A stretch of DNA of 63,421 nucleotides, filler included, from Aduncisulcus paluster (GCA_024181965.1; 6 parts of 6 records of this genome joined end to end with filler, not necessarily neighbours in it), one strand, 5' to 3'; shown: positions 49,653-62,397, counted from the whole stretch's first letter. The notes: generated by a model from the sequence alone, not told the origin. Numbers and translations: made by a program.

Positions 49653-52600
49653 TTATTTGATGTATTTGGCACCAGTTTCACCCTCATACTCTTCAAGCTG
49701 ACAGTCAATGTACTCCTCGAGGGGTGGACAGCTCCATCCTTCTCCAACATCAGGGAGCAAATGTTTGATCTTATCGGTCAACACACGGGCTTGGTTGATC
49801 ATCATTCGTTTGAAGCGATCTGGGTTTAACAGACCATCGAACACTTCAAGAAACACTTTATACACAGGTTTGTACTTCCCACCATCCAGTGTCTCAAGGG
49901 CACAGAAGGTTGCACTATCAAGGAGTTGTGGGAGACTAACATCATCCATTGATAATTCAAGCAATGCAGAGCGTAAATCCTTGTTATATCTATGAGAATA
50001 AGGGATACTTACCACATTCGGATGACACATGAATGGTTGCTGCATCCTATTGAAGAGAGACCAGATCGTCAGGACAACTCCCCATGCATCACTGCGTTGG
50101 GTATAAAACCCATTCTTCAAACTCTCAGGAGCATTGTAACACAGAGTGCCCACAATCGATGGCTTGTATGAAAATGATGTCTTTGTGGAAGATTTGGAGC
50201 CAGTTTCAGCATCATACTTTGTGGAATGCTCTGATGTGTTGAAGGACGATAGCTGAGACATACTATCACGAATCTTCACAAATCCCAAATCTCCGAGGAC
50301 AATCTTACACTTTCCTTTCGAAGAATCGTGCCGAACAAGGAAGTTATCGGGTTTAATGTCTCGATGAACAAGTTGCTCCTTTGCAGTAAACACATCAGAG
50401 ACACACTCGATGATGCCCACACACAAGGATGCAATCTTCACAGGATCATACACAAGGTCATCTTCATCGTCCACATCTGGGTCACATTTAGAGAGATCAA
50501 CAGCCCAACTCTTTGCAAACTCCATAACATTGCCACCTCGACAGAACTCCATCATGATACCTAACGTCCCTTTCTGATCAGAGTCAAGCAGATCAAGAAT
50601 GTGCAGAGGACGAGGAACACAACTTTGGATGGCTGGAATAGAATATAAACGAGACTGACGAGAGAATTCGTCTTTCATGCTTTTCACGCATTTAGCGTTG
50701 TTTGCATGTGTTTCATGATTCTCCATGCACTTCAGAGACACACTCGATGATGCCCACACACAAGGATGCAATCTTCACAGGATCATACACAAGGTCATCT
50801 TCATCGTCCACATCTGGGTCACATTTAGAGAGATCAACAGCCCAACTCTTTGCAAACTCCATAACATTGCCACCTCGACAGAACTCCATCATGATACCTA
50901 ACGTCCCTTTCTGATCAGAGTCAAGCAGATCAAGAATGTGCAGAGGACGAGGAACACAACTTTGGATGGCTGGAATAGAATATAAACGAGACTGACGAGA
51001 GAATTCGTCTTTCATGCTTTTCACGCATTTAGCGTTGTTTGCATGTGTTTCATGATTCTCCATGCACTTCAGAGCACACAACGAACAAGGGGAAGATAAA
51101 CCAGGATATTCAACACGGGTAAGGATGACAATACCAAAACCTCCTTCTCCAATGATACACAGAGGAGTCACACTGGAAGAGGAAGTTAATGTTTGAGGAA
51201 GGACAGCAGGTTTGGGGACAGGTTTGGGGGAGGGTTTTGGAGTAGGTTTTGGAGATGAATCAGATGATTCTGGCGGGGCAGGTTGTGATTCCGATGTTTC
51301 TTCTTCTTCTTCAGATGAAGATTCTTCTTCATGAATTGAACCATATTTCCTGAGTTTTCCCTCAATAACATCCTCAATCCTGGTAGCTTCCCATCCTTCT
51401 CCAAATCTTGGGAGGAGATGTTTGATAGATTGTACTTTCTCTCTAGCTTCATGGACACTCATACGATCGTCAATATCAAACTTTGTCAAACCCTCAAATA
51501 CTTCGTTTAAACACTTAAAAACGGGTTTGTATTTCCCACCATCAATGGTCTGAAGTGATTGAAAGAGAGGAGATTCAGAGAGTTTGGGAAGATAACCACT
51601 TATGAGTAGGTCACGCAGTTCATGAACATAGTTCAATGGAGAATCAGCCCATTTTAATTCTGGAGCATCTAACAAAGGATTTCTACCAAAGAATAACGTC
51701 ATAATTGACATTCCAAGCGAATGTGCATCACTTTCTTGAGATTGATACCCTCCAAGAGCTTCGTATGAGTTATAGACATATGTTCCACANNNNNNNNNNN
51801 NNNNNNNNNAACATAGTTCAATGGAGAATCAGCCCATTTTAATTCTGGAGCATCTAACAAAGGATTTCTACCAAAGAATAACGTCATAATTGACATTCCA
51901 AGCGAATGTGCATCACTTTCTTGAGATTGATACCCTCCAAGAGCTTCGTATGAGTTATAGACATATGTTCCACAAAAAGATTTCTTAGAATCGTCATCAG
52001 ATGTTTCAAACTTTGAAAGAGAAAGACCAGAAAGAACGAGAGAGCATTTTCCAGAATCAGGATCAGCTCTAACAAGAAAATGTTCAGGTTTAACATCACG
52101 ATGGATAAAATTGTGGTTGGCCGTGAATACATCGTCAAGACACTCAATCATCTCAACACAAATAGAACTCAATTTGACAGGGTTCAGTGTTTTGGGTTTG
52201 TAGGAAAACGAATCAGAATCAGAGCTTGAGCTTTCCTCTTCTTCTTCATACTTCCCATCATCACACCAACTCTTTGCAAATTCCATAATATGCCCTCCAA
52301 TACAAAATTCCATGAGATAACCACATTTGCCCTTGAAATCTTTATCAAGGAGATTAACAAAGCTAATAGGACGGGGAACACGTTGGGGATTGACCATAAT
52401 AAATAGCCTCATGAGATTTTTGAATTCTTGTTGGCACCCAGTGCACAGGGCCTGTACAAGACTCTTTTTATCGCCATGTCTAAAAAGTTTTTTGAACACA
52501 CAACGGGTTGGAAGACCTTTCATTTTAACAAGCTGACATTCAGCAAATCCCCCTCTGCCAACAATGCACTGGCGAGAAAAGGCAGAAGAAGAAGTAATAA

Positions 52601-53801
52601 TTTCAGATTCCATTAGTTCCAGTAACAGATTGAATGGGTTTATCCTGATGGGATCAAATGATTTAAAAGGTGGATCATCTTCATAGGTATGGGATAATGG
52701 ATAGTTCTTGAGTTTTTCCTCAATAATATCCTCAATTTTAGGAGTTTCCCATCCTTCTCCAAATGTTGGGAGGAGACGTTTGATAGATTGTACTTTCTCT
52801 CTAGCTTCATGGACACTCATACGATCGTCAATATCAAACTTTGTCAAACCCTCAAATACTTCGTTTAAACACTTAAAAACGGGTTTGTATTTCCCACCAT
52901 CAATGGTCTGAAGTGATTGAAAGAGAGGAGATTCAGAGAGTTGGGGAAGATAACCACTTATGAGTAGGTCACGCAGTTCATGAACATAGTTCAATGGAGA
53001 ATCAGCCCATTTTAATTCTGGAGCATCTAACAAAGGATTTCTACCAAAGAATAACGTCATAATTGACATTCCAAGCGAATGTGCATCACTTTCTTGAGAT
53101 TGATACCCTCCAAGAGCTTCGTATGAGTTATAGACCAATGTTCCACAAATACGTTTCTCAGACTTGTCATCAGATGTTTGAAACTTTGAAAGAGAAAGAC
53201 CAGAAAGAACGAGAGAGCATTTTCCAGAATCAGGATCAGCTCCAACAAGGAAATTGTTGGGTTTAACATCACGATGGATAAAATTGTTGTTGGCCGTGAA
53301 TACATCGTCAAGACACTCAATCATCTCGACACAAATAGAACTCAATTTGACAGGGTTCATTGTTTTGGGATTGTAGGAAAACGAATCAGAACTAGAGCTT
53401 AAATCGGAATCGGAATCAGAATCAGAGCTTGAGCTTTCCTCTTTCTCTTCATACTTCCCATCAGCACACCAACTCCTTGCAAATTCCATAATATGCCCTC
53501 CAATACAAAATTCCATGAGATAACCAAAATCACCCTTGAAATCTTTATCAAGGAGATTAACAAAGCTAATGGGACGGGGAACACGTTGGGGATTGACCAT
53601 AATAAATAGCCTCATGAGATTTTTGAATTCTTGTTGGCACTGTACAAGACTCTCTTTATCGGCATGTCTAAAAAGTTTTTTGAACACACAATGGGTTGGA
53701 AGACCTTTCATTTTAACAAGCTGACATTCAGCAAATCCCCCTCTGCCAACAATGCACTGGCGAGAAAAGGCAGAAGAAGAAGTAATTATTTTAGGTTCCA
53801 T
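49653..53801 (-). CDS. Multi-domain kinase: two near-identical pseudokinase-like domains plus one canonical kinase; split by a gap overlap and a 337-bp duplication
   Basis: Three GxGGF and HRDxKP sets. ORFs 51699-53801, 50713-51711 and 49653-50771 overlap exactly through duplicated sequence. Confidence 0.8.
50395..51074. repeat. Exact 337-bp tandem duplication with TCAGAG junction microhomology
   Basis: 50395-50731 is repeated at 50732-51068; TCAGAG occurs at 50395, 50732 and 51069. Confidence 0.88.
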
Positions 53802-54534
53802 TAGTAAATTCTAAAATACAACTATGGAGATATTCGAGCACTAAAAACACACTAGATGCAAAATCACTCAAGTCTTTGGGACAATTGTGTTGCAAAACGG
53901 GTGATTTCGTCCAAGTCAGATGTGAGGTGTTTCTAGAGAAGATGATTATTGTTCTACTCTTGAATAAAGATAGATGGGTACATAATATAGAATGTGGATA
54001 TTTATTTTCACAAAAGATATCACATAATCATACGCTTCGTTCATTTGGAAACATTGCCAAAGATCGATATCGAGATCTTGGTGTTTTCTTGGCGATGATA
54101 TTTTGGATATCGATGGAAATCTTTCCAAATGATGTCATTCCTGCAAAGAGATGTCCCATTTTTATTTTGTATGGGTAATTCTGATCATGATGGCATAGTT
54201 CAGGTTCGATTGAAGAATGCCTCCATTAGAAGTGCCGAAATAACAATGTTCTAGGCAGAACTGCTTATTCAATGGATCGAGCAAATTAATTAATTGAACC
54301 AATCTATTTTAACAGATTTATAGCAATCCCTTGACATCCAACTTGGAGTTGTGGTGGAATACTTGAAGTATTTCAATAAATCCACATTATACTATAGGTA
54401 GAAAAATTGGATACCAATAGATCTAAAGTCCATCAGAAATTTTCTATATCCTTACGAACTGAAGTTGGAGGAGATCATCTCCCGAGGATGATCCTCGAAA
54501 AAGGCTGATTACTTTGCAATTACAAATTTTGGAG

Positions 54535-54634
54535 NNNNNNNNNNNNNNNNNNNNNNNNNNNNNNNNNNNNNNNNNNNNTTAATTAATTAANNNNNNNNNN
54601 NNNNNNNNNNNNNNNNNNNNNNNNNNNNNNNNNN
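54535..54634. other. Artificial contig spacer
   Basis: TTAATTAATTAA at 54579-54590. Confidence 0.98.
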
Positions 54635-55009
54635 CATTGTACGAGACGTCCAGCATCCAAAGAGATGAAGGATATCAAGAGAGCTTTGGATCAAACAGTA
54701 ATGGGAAAGATTTATCGGGACATCGTCAAGAAACTTCTTTGTCCACATTTTGGTCATAAACTTTCTTCCTGGTGCTTTTTTTTTGACAACCTTATATCCT
54801 TCCATTCTTGAAGATGGAGTAACAAGATAGTCTTTATACCTTTCTTTATATAAGAACCAGGACATGTTCTCTGATCCCAGTGGTCTCCATCGAATCTATA
54901 CTGATGAACTCAAAGAAGGACATCGAACCGTGATATGAACAATCTGTCTTTCATTAGATACATTCATTGATATCTTTTAGTTATTAGACCCCATTGTATA
55001 TCCAGAACT

Positions 55010-55097
55010 CTCTTCTCTCTTCACTACTTTCCCTTCTTCTCCCTTCCTTCTTCTCCCTTCCTTCTTCTCCCTTCCTTCTTCCTTCCTTCCTTCTTCG
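55010..55097. repeat. Polypyrimidine (CTT/CCTT) low-complexity tract
   Basis: Nearly pure C/T on the + strand. Confidence 0.8.
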
Positions 55098-55419
55098 TTA
55101 TCTTTCTCATCGGTTGATAAATTAATCAGTTTCATAACCTTAATAATAAATCCCACCACGCCCTATGATGCCAATCAATATTTGGACTTTTGGCATTGCC
55201 CTGTGGTGGGGTTTAATAGTTAACTAGAAAAAAAAAGAACCTGTGAAATGGTCTTTGCACTTCCATTTGATCCCACAATTGACATTTCTTCGTATTTCTT
55301 TGTTTCGTGTCACACTTCCATGTCGCAACAAAAACATCGCAATGGCCAATATCTCTTGGTGTAAACTTCCTGAGCGCTGATGATTCTCTTACAACAGTAT
55401 CCACTATAAGTGTTGGGCT

Positions 55420-56990
55420 CTACATACACCTGTAAATCAAGAGTTGTGAAGCGAGTGTAGTCCCTGGCGTGTTTTGAAGTGCGAATGGTTCTCTATGCTG
55501 ACGTTTGTTGCTGCTCTCCCAAACACAAGTATCAAGGTTTTTCAGCTCACCAAACATCTCAATTTGCTCTTCCAAATGGGCTGGAATCGCATGGAAGGCG
55601 ACGATATGGCCTTTGATTGAGAAGAGTTTCAGCGCATGTCCAAACATTGTCATGATCTCACGATGCCTTCTCATCAAGGTAACGACAAAGGGAGCTGTTT
55701 CACTGGTTGCTATTGGTAGATGACCAAAATATCTGGCATGATGGTTCACCATTCTTCTCAGAAGGTGCATAATCTTTTCACCATTCCAGCCCTTTCTCTT
55801 CCAGGTTGAGCAATATGCCTCCTATGTATCTGGCTCCTCTCTCTCTTCTGTATCTTCCACATCCCAATAGCTTTCAAATGCTATTCCAGCTTCCTCTCTA
55901 AGGTCATAGTCATTTGAGAGGGCAAATGGTAACATTGAAATACCATCTGAAATTGCTACGGCGTTGATTTCAGGATCAGTCGTGAAAGATTTTGAACAAC
56001 CAATTCTAGCATCAATGGAAGCAACTTTCTCGGGCTTGAATATGGCTGTCAATACCCTCCTTGTGTAATCTTTCCCAATTCGCTGCAACTCAAGATGCAT
56101 TACATCCGCCATCATGTGTTGATACGGAGAAAAGTCAATTCTGTGGACATGGAGCAGAGATGGATTGCCTTCTGGGGATATTCTCTTCGGACCCTCAAAC
56201 CCCATGAACACATCCTTCCAAGAACTGGCAAGGCACATGTGACCTAACCCAGAATATATATTGTGCTGTTTTGAGTCCGCAAGGATTGCGTACAGGTCAC
56301 AATATACCAACATATTGTCCTCACATCGCACTCCCCTTGTGCACTCTTGAATATCACATTGAAGACATCGGAACACCGAGCCTTCCAATTCTGGAGGATG
56401 GATGGAGAGGAAAGGATGGCAGCGAGAGTATGGGAATAGGTACCCATACATCGCGGTCAAGGGCACGATGGGTCTCTTCTAAAATGCTATAGTCGTTGTT
56501 TTACTTTGACAAAGGTTATTTTGGCCTTTTCGCAGTCAGCTTTCAATCCTGAATTCTCTATCGTCAATTATCTCACCCAAAAATGAAACGAGATACCCGC
56601 CAAGTCGTAGAGTTTCCATATGCATCACATCTGGAACATGGTGTACAGTTGCCTCAAAGGATAGAGATGGAGCATGGAGTGTGGTGCCATTTGATACAAT
56701 TGAGGAAGCTCTGGGAGTTCCAAGGAGTAGATCTTTCGTGTTGCTGATCCCTCTTCAGTGGGAATTATTATGCCACAATGCAACTTCCTCAGTTCTGACA
56801 TAATGATCGTGCTTGCCGTTTTAGTGCTTTCATCTCTTCTTCCCTAAAGATAGCGCTTCCCCTCCAGGACGCATCCATGTCTCTGAATTCGCTTTTGATG
56901 TTCACCATCGATATTTTGATGGAGAGAGCTGTTCCTTCACCAAGAATGGTGGCCACGCCATCGACAAAAATAAGCAGACAGCACGAAGAG
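55420..56990 (-). mobile_element. Decayed DDE transposase, CMC (CACTA/EnSpm/Mirage)-like
   Basis: Minus-strand fragments LLIFVDGV...SIKISMVNIKSEFR, LYAILADSKQ...GLGH, DVMHLE..IGK and FHAIPAHLEEQIEMFGELKNLDTCVWESSNK, separated by stops and frameshifts. No TIRs found. Confidence 0.7.
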
Positions 56991-57600
56991 CAAGGATTTA
57001 AGGCGTTACTCGACCCGTTCTTTTCCCCGGCAGCGGAGCTGGGAGAGAATGCATCACCACCGATCCTGGCTGACTTGGCACCTTTCCCCTCTTATTTTCT
57101 TCGAAGTGAAGATTTGGCCTCAATTATCCCCTCCCTCATCTCCAAGAATAGTGCTGTGTACAGTTTTCAATTCTCTTTGATGAATGGCTCGAGTCTTCTA
57201 GCCATCCTCAACATCCACATCGCCTTTGCCTTGACCATTCTCTGTGCATCCAAATACCCATCCTCAAAGACTTTCCTCTTCAAAATGTGGAGTTCTGTCA
57301 TTTGAGGTGAGTCTTCTCCAATGGAAGACTCCAGCAACCGAATAATTACTGCTGATGAAGTTACTCGATGCCGAACCCCACCACAAAGTTCATGGGTAGG
57401 GTACGGATGCCAGATAGAACAAAATTTTGTTATTAACGAAAAATTTGAAAGAATATAATCTGAAAAATGAAAAAAAAAAAAAGATAACTTGTCGAATCAT
57501 GAAAAATACTTGGAAAAAAAACCAGTTTACCCGAAGATTTTATCTTATCACAACAATGGCTCGAGTCTTCTAGCCATCATCAACACTCTCTACTCGTAAC

Positions 57601-57642
57601 AATTCATAATAATATGAATTGAATTCATAATAATATGAATTG
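57601..57642. repeat. Tandem pair of a 21-bp palindromic unit
   Basis: AATTCATAATAATATGAATTG x2; each unit is AATTCATA-ATAA-TATGAATT. Confidence 0.9.
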
Positions 57643-58051
57643 AAACCTTCCCACAGATTAATAACCCTTGAATCACGAACACAAGATCTCCAAGAACGAG
57701 AGTCGATTCAATAGTCGTAATCTGCTGTTTAGAATGTGTGAGGCTGCTTCAGTGCTTGCTCTCTAGGACCGTAAGAAAAAGAAAGATACGCTTAAATAAT
57801 ATTTGCATGTACTTTTTATCTCCATATGTAGAAGATCTATCCCAAAGAGGTCGCTGCATTAAAGAGGAGGAAGAGGAACAAGGAATGTGCTCAACTCGGA
57901 GAGATGATACTAAAACTTCATCATCCAGCCCCCGATTCCCAGAGTTCCATATGCAAGAGGTCTGGAACCTGGTTTGTGGTGGGACTAAACCACAGAGCAC
58001 TGTCATGGAGCGGAGTGGAGGCTAATTCCTGAGGCGCCCAAAAGGTATCTT

Positions 58052-58151
58052 NNNNNNNNNNNNNNNNNNNNNNNNNNNNNNNNNNNNNNNNNNNNTTAAT
58101 TAATTAANNNNNNNNNNNNNNNNNNNNNNNNNNNNNNNNNNNNNNNNNNNN
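58052..58151. other. Artificial contig spacer
   Basis: TTAATTAATTAA at 58096-58107. Confidence 0.98.
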
Positions 58152-58180
58152 ACCTCCCTCAGGACGGTCTAGCCTCCCCT

Positions 58181-61100
58181 TTGTCTGATCAACCCACCCC
58201 AGTCAAGAATAGCACTGCGACACCTTCGTACAGCACTCACGGCACATCCTCAAGTCTCTCTTCGCCATCCCCCAGGAGAGTTGCGTCATCCCCGCCCCCC
58301 CTTGTGATTCGTCTCAATACCTCGATCATGACGTATGGATATGGATCAAATGGGCTTTTAGATTTCTGTCTTGGTGTGTACACATGTGGATGTGTTAGAG
58401 AAGCACTTACAAAGTGGGTTCCTCGTGTGGAAGCGTGGATTGAACAGGTTCAGCAAATGAAAGATGAAGAAGCTCGACTCGAAGCTGAACATAAGTTAGA
58501 GCAGAAATCCATGAGTTATGTTCCGTCGAGTCTTGATAATCCAATTGAAAGCATAAAAAAAGAGGCTGTTTCTGTTGATAAGGCTCCATCCAGCAAGAGT
58601 AAGGATGAATCTGAAGATTCCCAAACAAAAAAGAAACAGATTATCGAGTATCCAATAGATAAATTGAAAATAATACAACAAACCCTATCCAAAATCATTG
58701 CAAAACATAACCCCGTGAAAGAACTCGCAGAAAAACATATGAAACAGCTCATGAAAAAACATAAAGAAGATCGCCTCACGAGAAGCACGCTTAACAACAC
58801 CCTATTGATGTTAAAGAAGGTCACAGACCAACTCACTGGAAATGCCAACAGCTCGACCAATGTGAAATCTGCATCCCTAGGCAGGCCTTCAGCTTCATCA
58901 ATGGGAGGATCTGGATCTGTGTTACCGTCTTCAATGTCACTCTCCCTGAACCTCTGTTTGAGTGTTCTTAATAGTGCCGTTGCCTGGTCTTATAGTGGCA
59001 ACGTACAACTTGTCAAGAAGGTGCTGTCGTTTCTACTGCCAATTGCCGCAAGAAAACACTCTCCTCTCTTCCTTCGTGAGACTGTGTGTCGTCTTGCGGT
59101 TGCTCTCAGTTCAAAGGGGTTTTTCCTTTGCAATACTGATGTTATCACTGTTATGAACGCAAGATGTAAGGATATTGTGACAATTTGCGGAACATTCATG
59201 TGTACTCTCGACCTTGGCCAAGTCATTCGCCTTAAATCAAAGAAAGAATGCGAAGATATCGAGAAGAAAAGAAAGAAACAGCAAGAAAAAGAACATCAAT
59301 ATCTGCAAAAGAAAGAGAAAACTCAAGATAAAAACAAAGAATCCACCCCAACCCCAGAGATGGAAGATAAGGGAGACAAAGACCCTTCTATGAGTTCTTC
59401 CAAGGCTGATTCACCGAAGGTACCTGTTGTCTTTTCGCTTGGAGTTGTTGTTTCCTCCTTGACTCATCGTTGTCGATTTATCCCTGCAATAGTTATCGAT
59501 AGAGAGACTCTTAACGACTCCATCTCTGCAACTGCAGCAAGCCAGGCTATTAATAAGACCTCCCAAACTGCATCAGTGTCAGGCTCATCCAACTTATTCG
59601 ATCACTGTGAGGAGTTTACATGTCCCTCCACATCTTCGCTTCAATCCCATCTAATTAAACTTCGTGTTTCCCTTTCCGCCCACAACGCTGGACCTGTATG
59701 TATCTTGTGGGTTGCCAAGAATGAGTCTGACGGAAGCTTCGTATCTCTCTCCCACTTTCCCCAACACCATCCCTCCCAATCTCACACTCATCGTGGCCTC
59801 CATACTCTCGGACACATTGTCTCGTTCACTCCGAATCTCAAGTCAATGAGTGTTCTTCCCCATCCCTGGAGCAAAGCTGAGAGAGATCGTCGTGAACAGA
59901 AACAGGCGCAGAGAAAGAAGAGACTCCCATCAGCGATCTCTCCTTCTCTCTCCTCTTCCTCGGTGTTTTACTCCACATTCCGAACACTGCTGTCGAAACC
60001 CATTTCTTATTCCTTCCCTCATGTTATTCTTCCTCATGTCTTCTCCCAGAGAGAGAAAGAGACAGAATGGGAAAGAGAAAGGGAGGGAATGTTTGCCGAG
60101 GAGTCAACACTGCCATATGCTTCGGCTGTCCCAATGAGTAGACATTCTCTTATGATCACTGATAACCATCCGCAATCATATCTGCCAACTTCAAGGAAAT
60201 CAAAGAAAGGGATTTCTGGAGGGATTCGAAGATCTTCCCTGTCACGAGCTACCACCAATTCTCCATCTCCGCCAAGAAACTCTAGCGGTTCCCCGAGACG
60301 TAGCTCTCCTTCTCCTAAGCCTGTCTTCCACGACCAGTCCTCATCGCTTGGCTCATCAAGAGATGGATCTCAGATAAGTTCACACTCTGACACTTCCACG
60401 GGATCCACGAAGGCATCATTTGGCCCATTCTTTCGAAAAGAACAGAACACATCTCGTATATCACCTTCCTCCCTTGTGAAATCCCTCGACCATCTTCGGA
60501 CGATGGCTGCTGCCGCTCGAAAAGAGGGAGTTGGACTCATATACGGTGTTGACATCTTCTTTCCAACTCACCCTAGAGCAAAGTCAAACCCCTTCATTGA
60601 GCAACAGTTGATGAAGATGAGCAAAGAGGTCAAAGTGAGACGATTGAAACAAAAGAAGGATGGCGTTGGAAAGAAAGCAGAATTAGATTCCGAGAGTGTA
60701 CTAATACGTTCTCACGTCCCCATTGTCTCAACTGAGCCATACCTTTCGTTTATTCCTGACTTTGCCAATATCTTATCATGGGACGGCATTGTTGACGATA
60801 TGTGCCACATTGTGTTCTCTCTGGGAGCCTGTGGTGTGATGCTTCAGCGTCCTCTGGCTGCATACACATGTGCAGTCGATGTTGTTGGACGAAGCAGCTC
60901 TTCATTGCAGCAAAGAAATCTGTTCATGAAGAGCCATTGCAGGGAAATGGGTTCATCCTTTGGTACTGAATCTGTGCTGAGTGAAAGTGCTGCGACTCGA
61001 TGTTACTCTGGTGTGGGTGGTTTCTTCTGTGACGATGAGATATCTGATAGCGATATTCCATTGCCCAATGAGCCTGAAGATTCGTTCCTTGGGCAGATTG

Positions 61101-61523
61101 ACTCCCCCGGTATATTGAATGATTTTGTCAGCAACCAAGGACTTGGCTGTGCTGGTGCCAGATATTTGGGGATGACCTTTGATAACTCTGCCCATTTACA
61201 TATCAACACTGGCACTTCTTCCCGAGGTTCCACTATTGTGTCAGTTACATCTTCATCCTCGGCTTCTTCTGCGTCTTCCGCAGGTTCTTCCTCTTCCTCG
61301 ACTTGTTTCCAGTCCCCATTCAGTCTTTCCCCCCATCTCTCTGTGAGTATGACTCCCAGCTCTTCCTCGGTCTCTTCTGGCACTCCATCCGCTTCCATTT
61401 CGACCCTGTCCTCCCAGTCGTGTCAGCTTGGATGTGCTTCCCCCTCTACATCCTCCCTTACTCTGTCCCTCCTGACCCTCAATCCCCTTCTCTTCTACTT
61501 CACATCCTCTGTCCTCTCAAGGT
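58181..61523 (+). CDS. Internal fragment of a large Ser-rich hypothetical protein
   Basis: ORF spans essentially the whole contig; no domain recognised. Confidence 0.75.
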
Positions 61524-61623
61524 NNNNNNNNNNNNNNNNNNNNNNNNNNNNNNNNNNNNNNNNNNNNTTAATTAATTAANNNNNNNNNNNNNNNNNNNNN
61601 NNNNNNNNNNNNNNNNNNNNNNN
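61524..61623. other. Artificial contig spacer
   Basis: TTAATTAATTAA at 61568-61579. Confidence 0.98.
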
Positions 61624-61688
61624 GAAGTAACCCTTCTCTTAATGCCAATCACTTCGTCCATCACATCCTTTAGCGTGGGTTCGGACAT
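61624..61688 (-). CDS. 5' end of a gene cut by the contig edge (MSEPTLKDVMDEVIGIKRRVT...)
   Basis: ATG preceded by AAAAA at a sharp AT-rich to coding-like transition; frame open to the Ns. Confidence 0.5.
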
Positions 61689-62066
61689 TTTTTAATAATA
61701 AATAATATATTTTCTCTTTCAGTAAGAGAATATCATATTCAAATGTGACATATACAGAAAATTCTGATGATCATTTTTGACCACTATTTTCATCATAATA
61801 AATGATTTTTTTATTTTTAATTTTCATTTATTTTAATTAATTTTTTTATAAAATTTGTGATATAACACTATTAACATCATATCTCGAAAGGTTTTTGTAT
61901 CGGGCAGTTTCCAAATTTTTATGGAGATTAAATAAAAAAATATTTCATAATTATCATTTTTATTAACATTTATTTCATTTTTATACTATAAAAATGCAGA
62001 CAACATGTTTGCACCAAATTCACATTTTTATGTCTGTTATTTGACAACATAGTGATCATTAAAGCA

Positions 62067-62212
62067 GTCTCCCTTGGGTTTGGCCAACCCAGGGGAGGCG
62101 TAAGTCTTCTTTATTTTGCGTTATTTGCTTTTCGTTGCGTCTTATTATCCCCCCTGGTTGTCCCCCCCCATATCTCTCTGTGAATATCCTAAAATGGGGG
62201 GGACTCCAACGA
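62067..62212 (+). ncRNA. Candidate ~150-nt two-hairpin small RNA
   Basis: 14-bp stem with 2 G-U pairs, U-rich linker, C8/G7 stem, then T-runs. Confidence 0.5.
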
Positions 62213-62397
62213 TTTTTCATTTTTTTGTTTTTTTTTTGTTTTATTTTCCTTATTTAAGTTAAAATTAGTAGTAAAATAAAGAGATCCAGATTTGATGCTC
62301 GTTTTCGATGCCGTATCATGGAGATATTACGAAATAAATAGCGAAATCAATAAAATCTATCTGTTTTATTAAACTATAAAGGCAGTAAAAATATCGG

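Noticed and set aside
38839..51974. Direct repeats flanking 20-N gaps (38839-38989/39010-39160; 43679-43883/43904-44108; 51625-51789/51810-51974)
   Set aside because: Identical overlaps either side of fixed-size gaps are unmerged contig overlaps.
28956..61579. Five TTAATTAATTAA palindromes as a biological repeat
   Set aside because: Always centred in exactly 100 bp of N padding; a six-frame stop linker used to concatenate contigs.
61990..62105. Minus-strand U1 snRNA (ACUUAC, AUGAUCAC, AAUUUGG)
   Set aside because: Stem mismatches are A-C on minus and G-U on plus; GAUCAC is not in a stem-loop I loop and there is no U1A loop.
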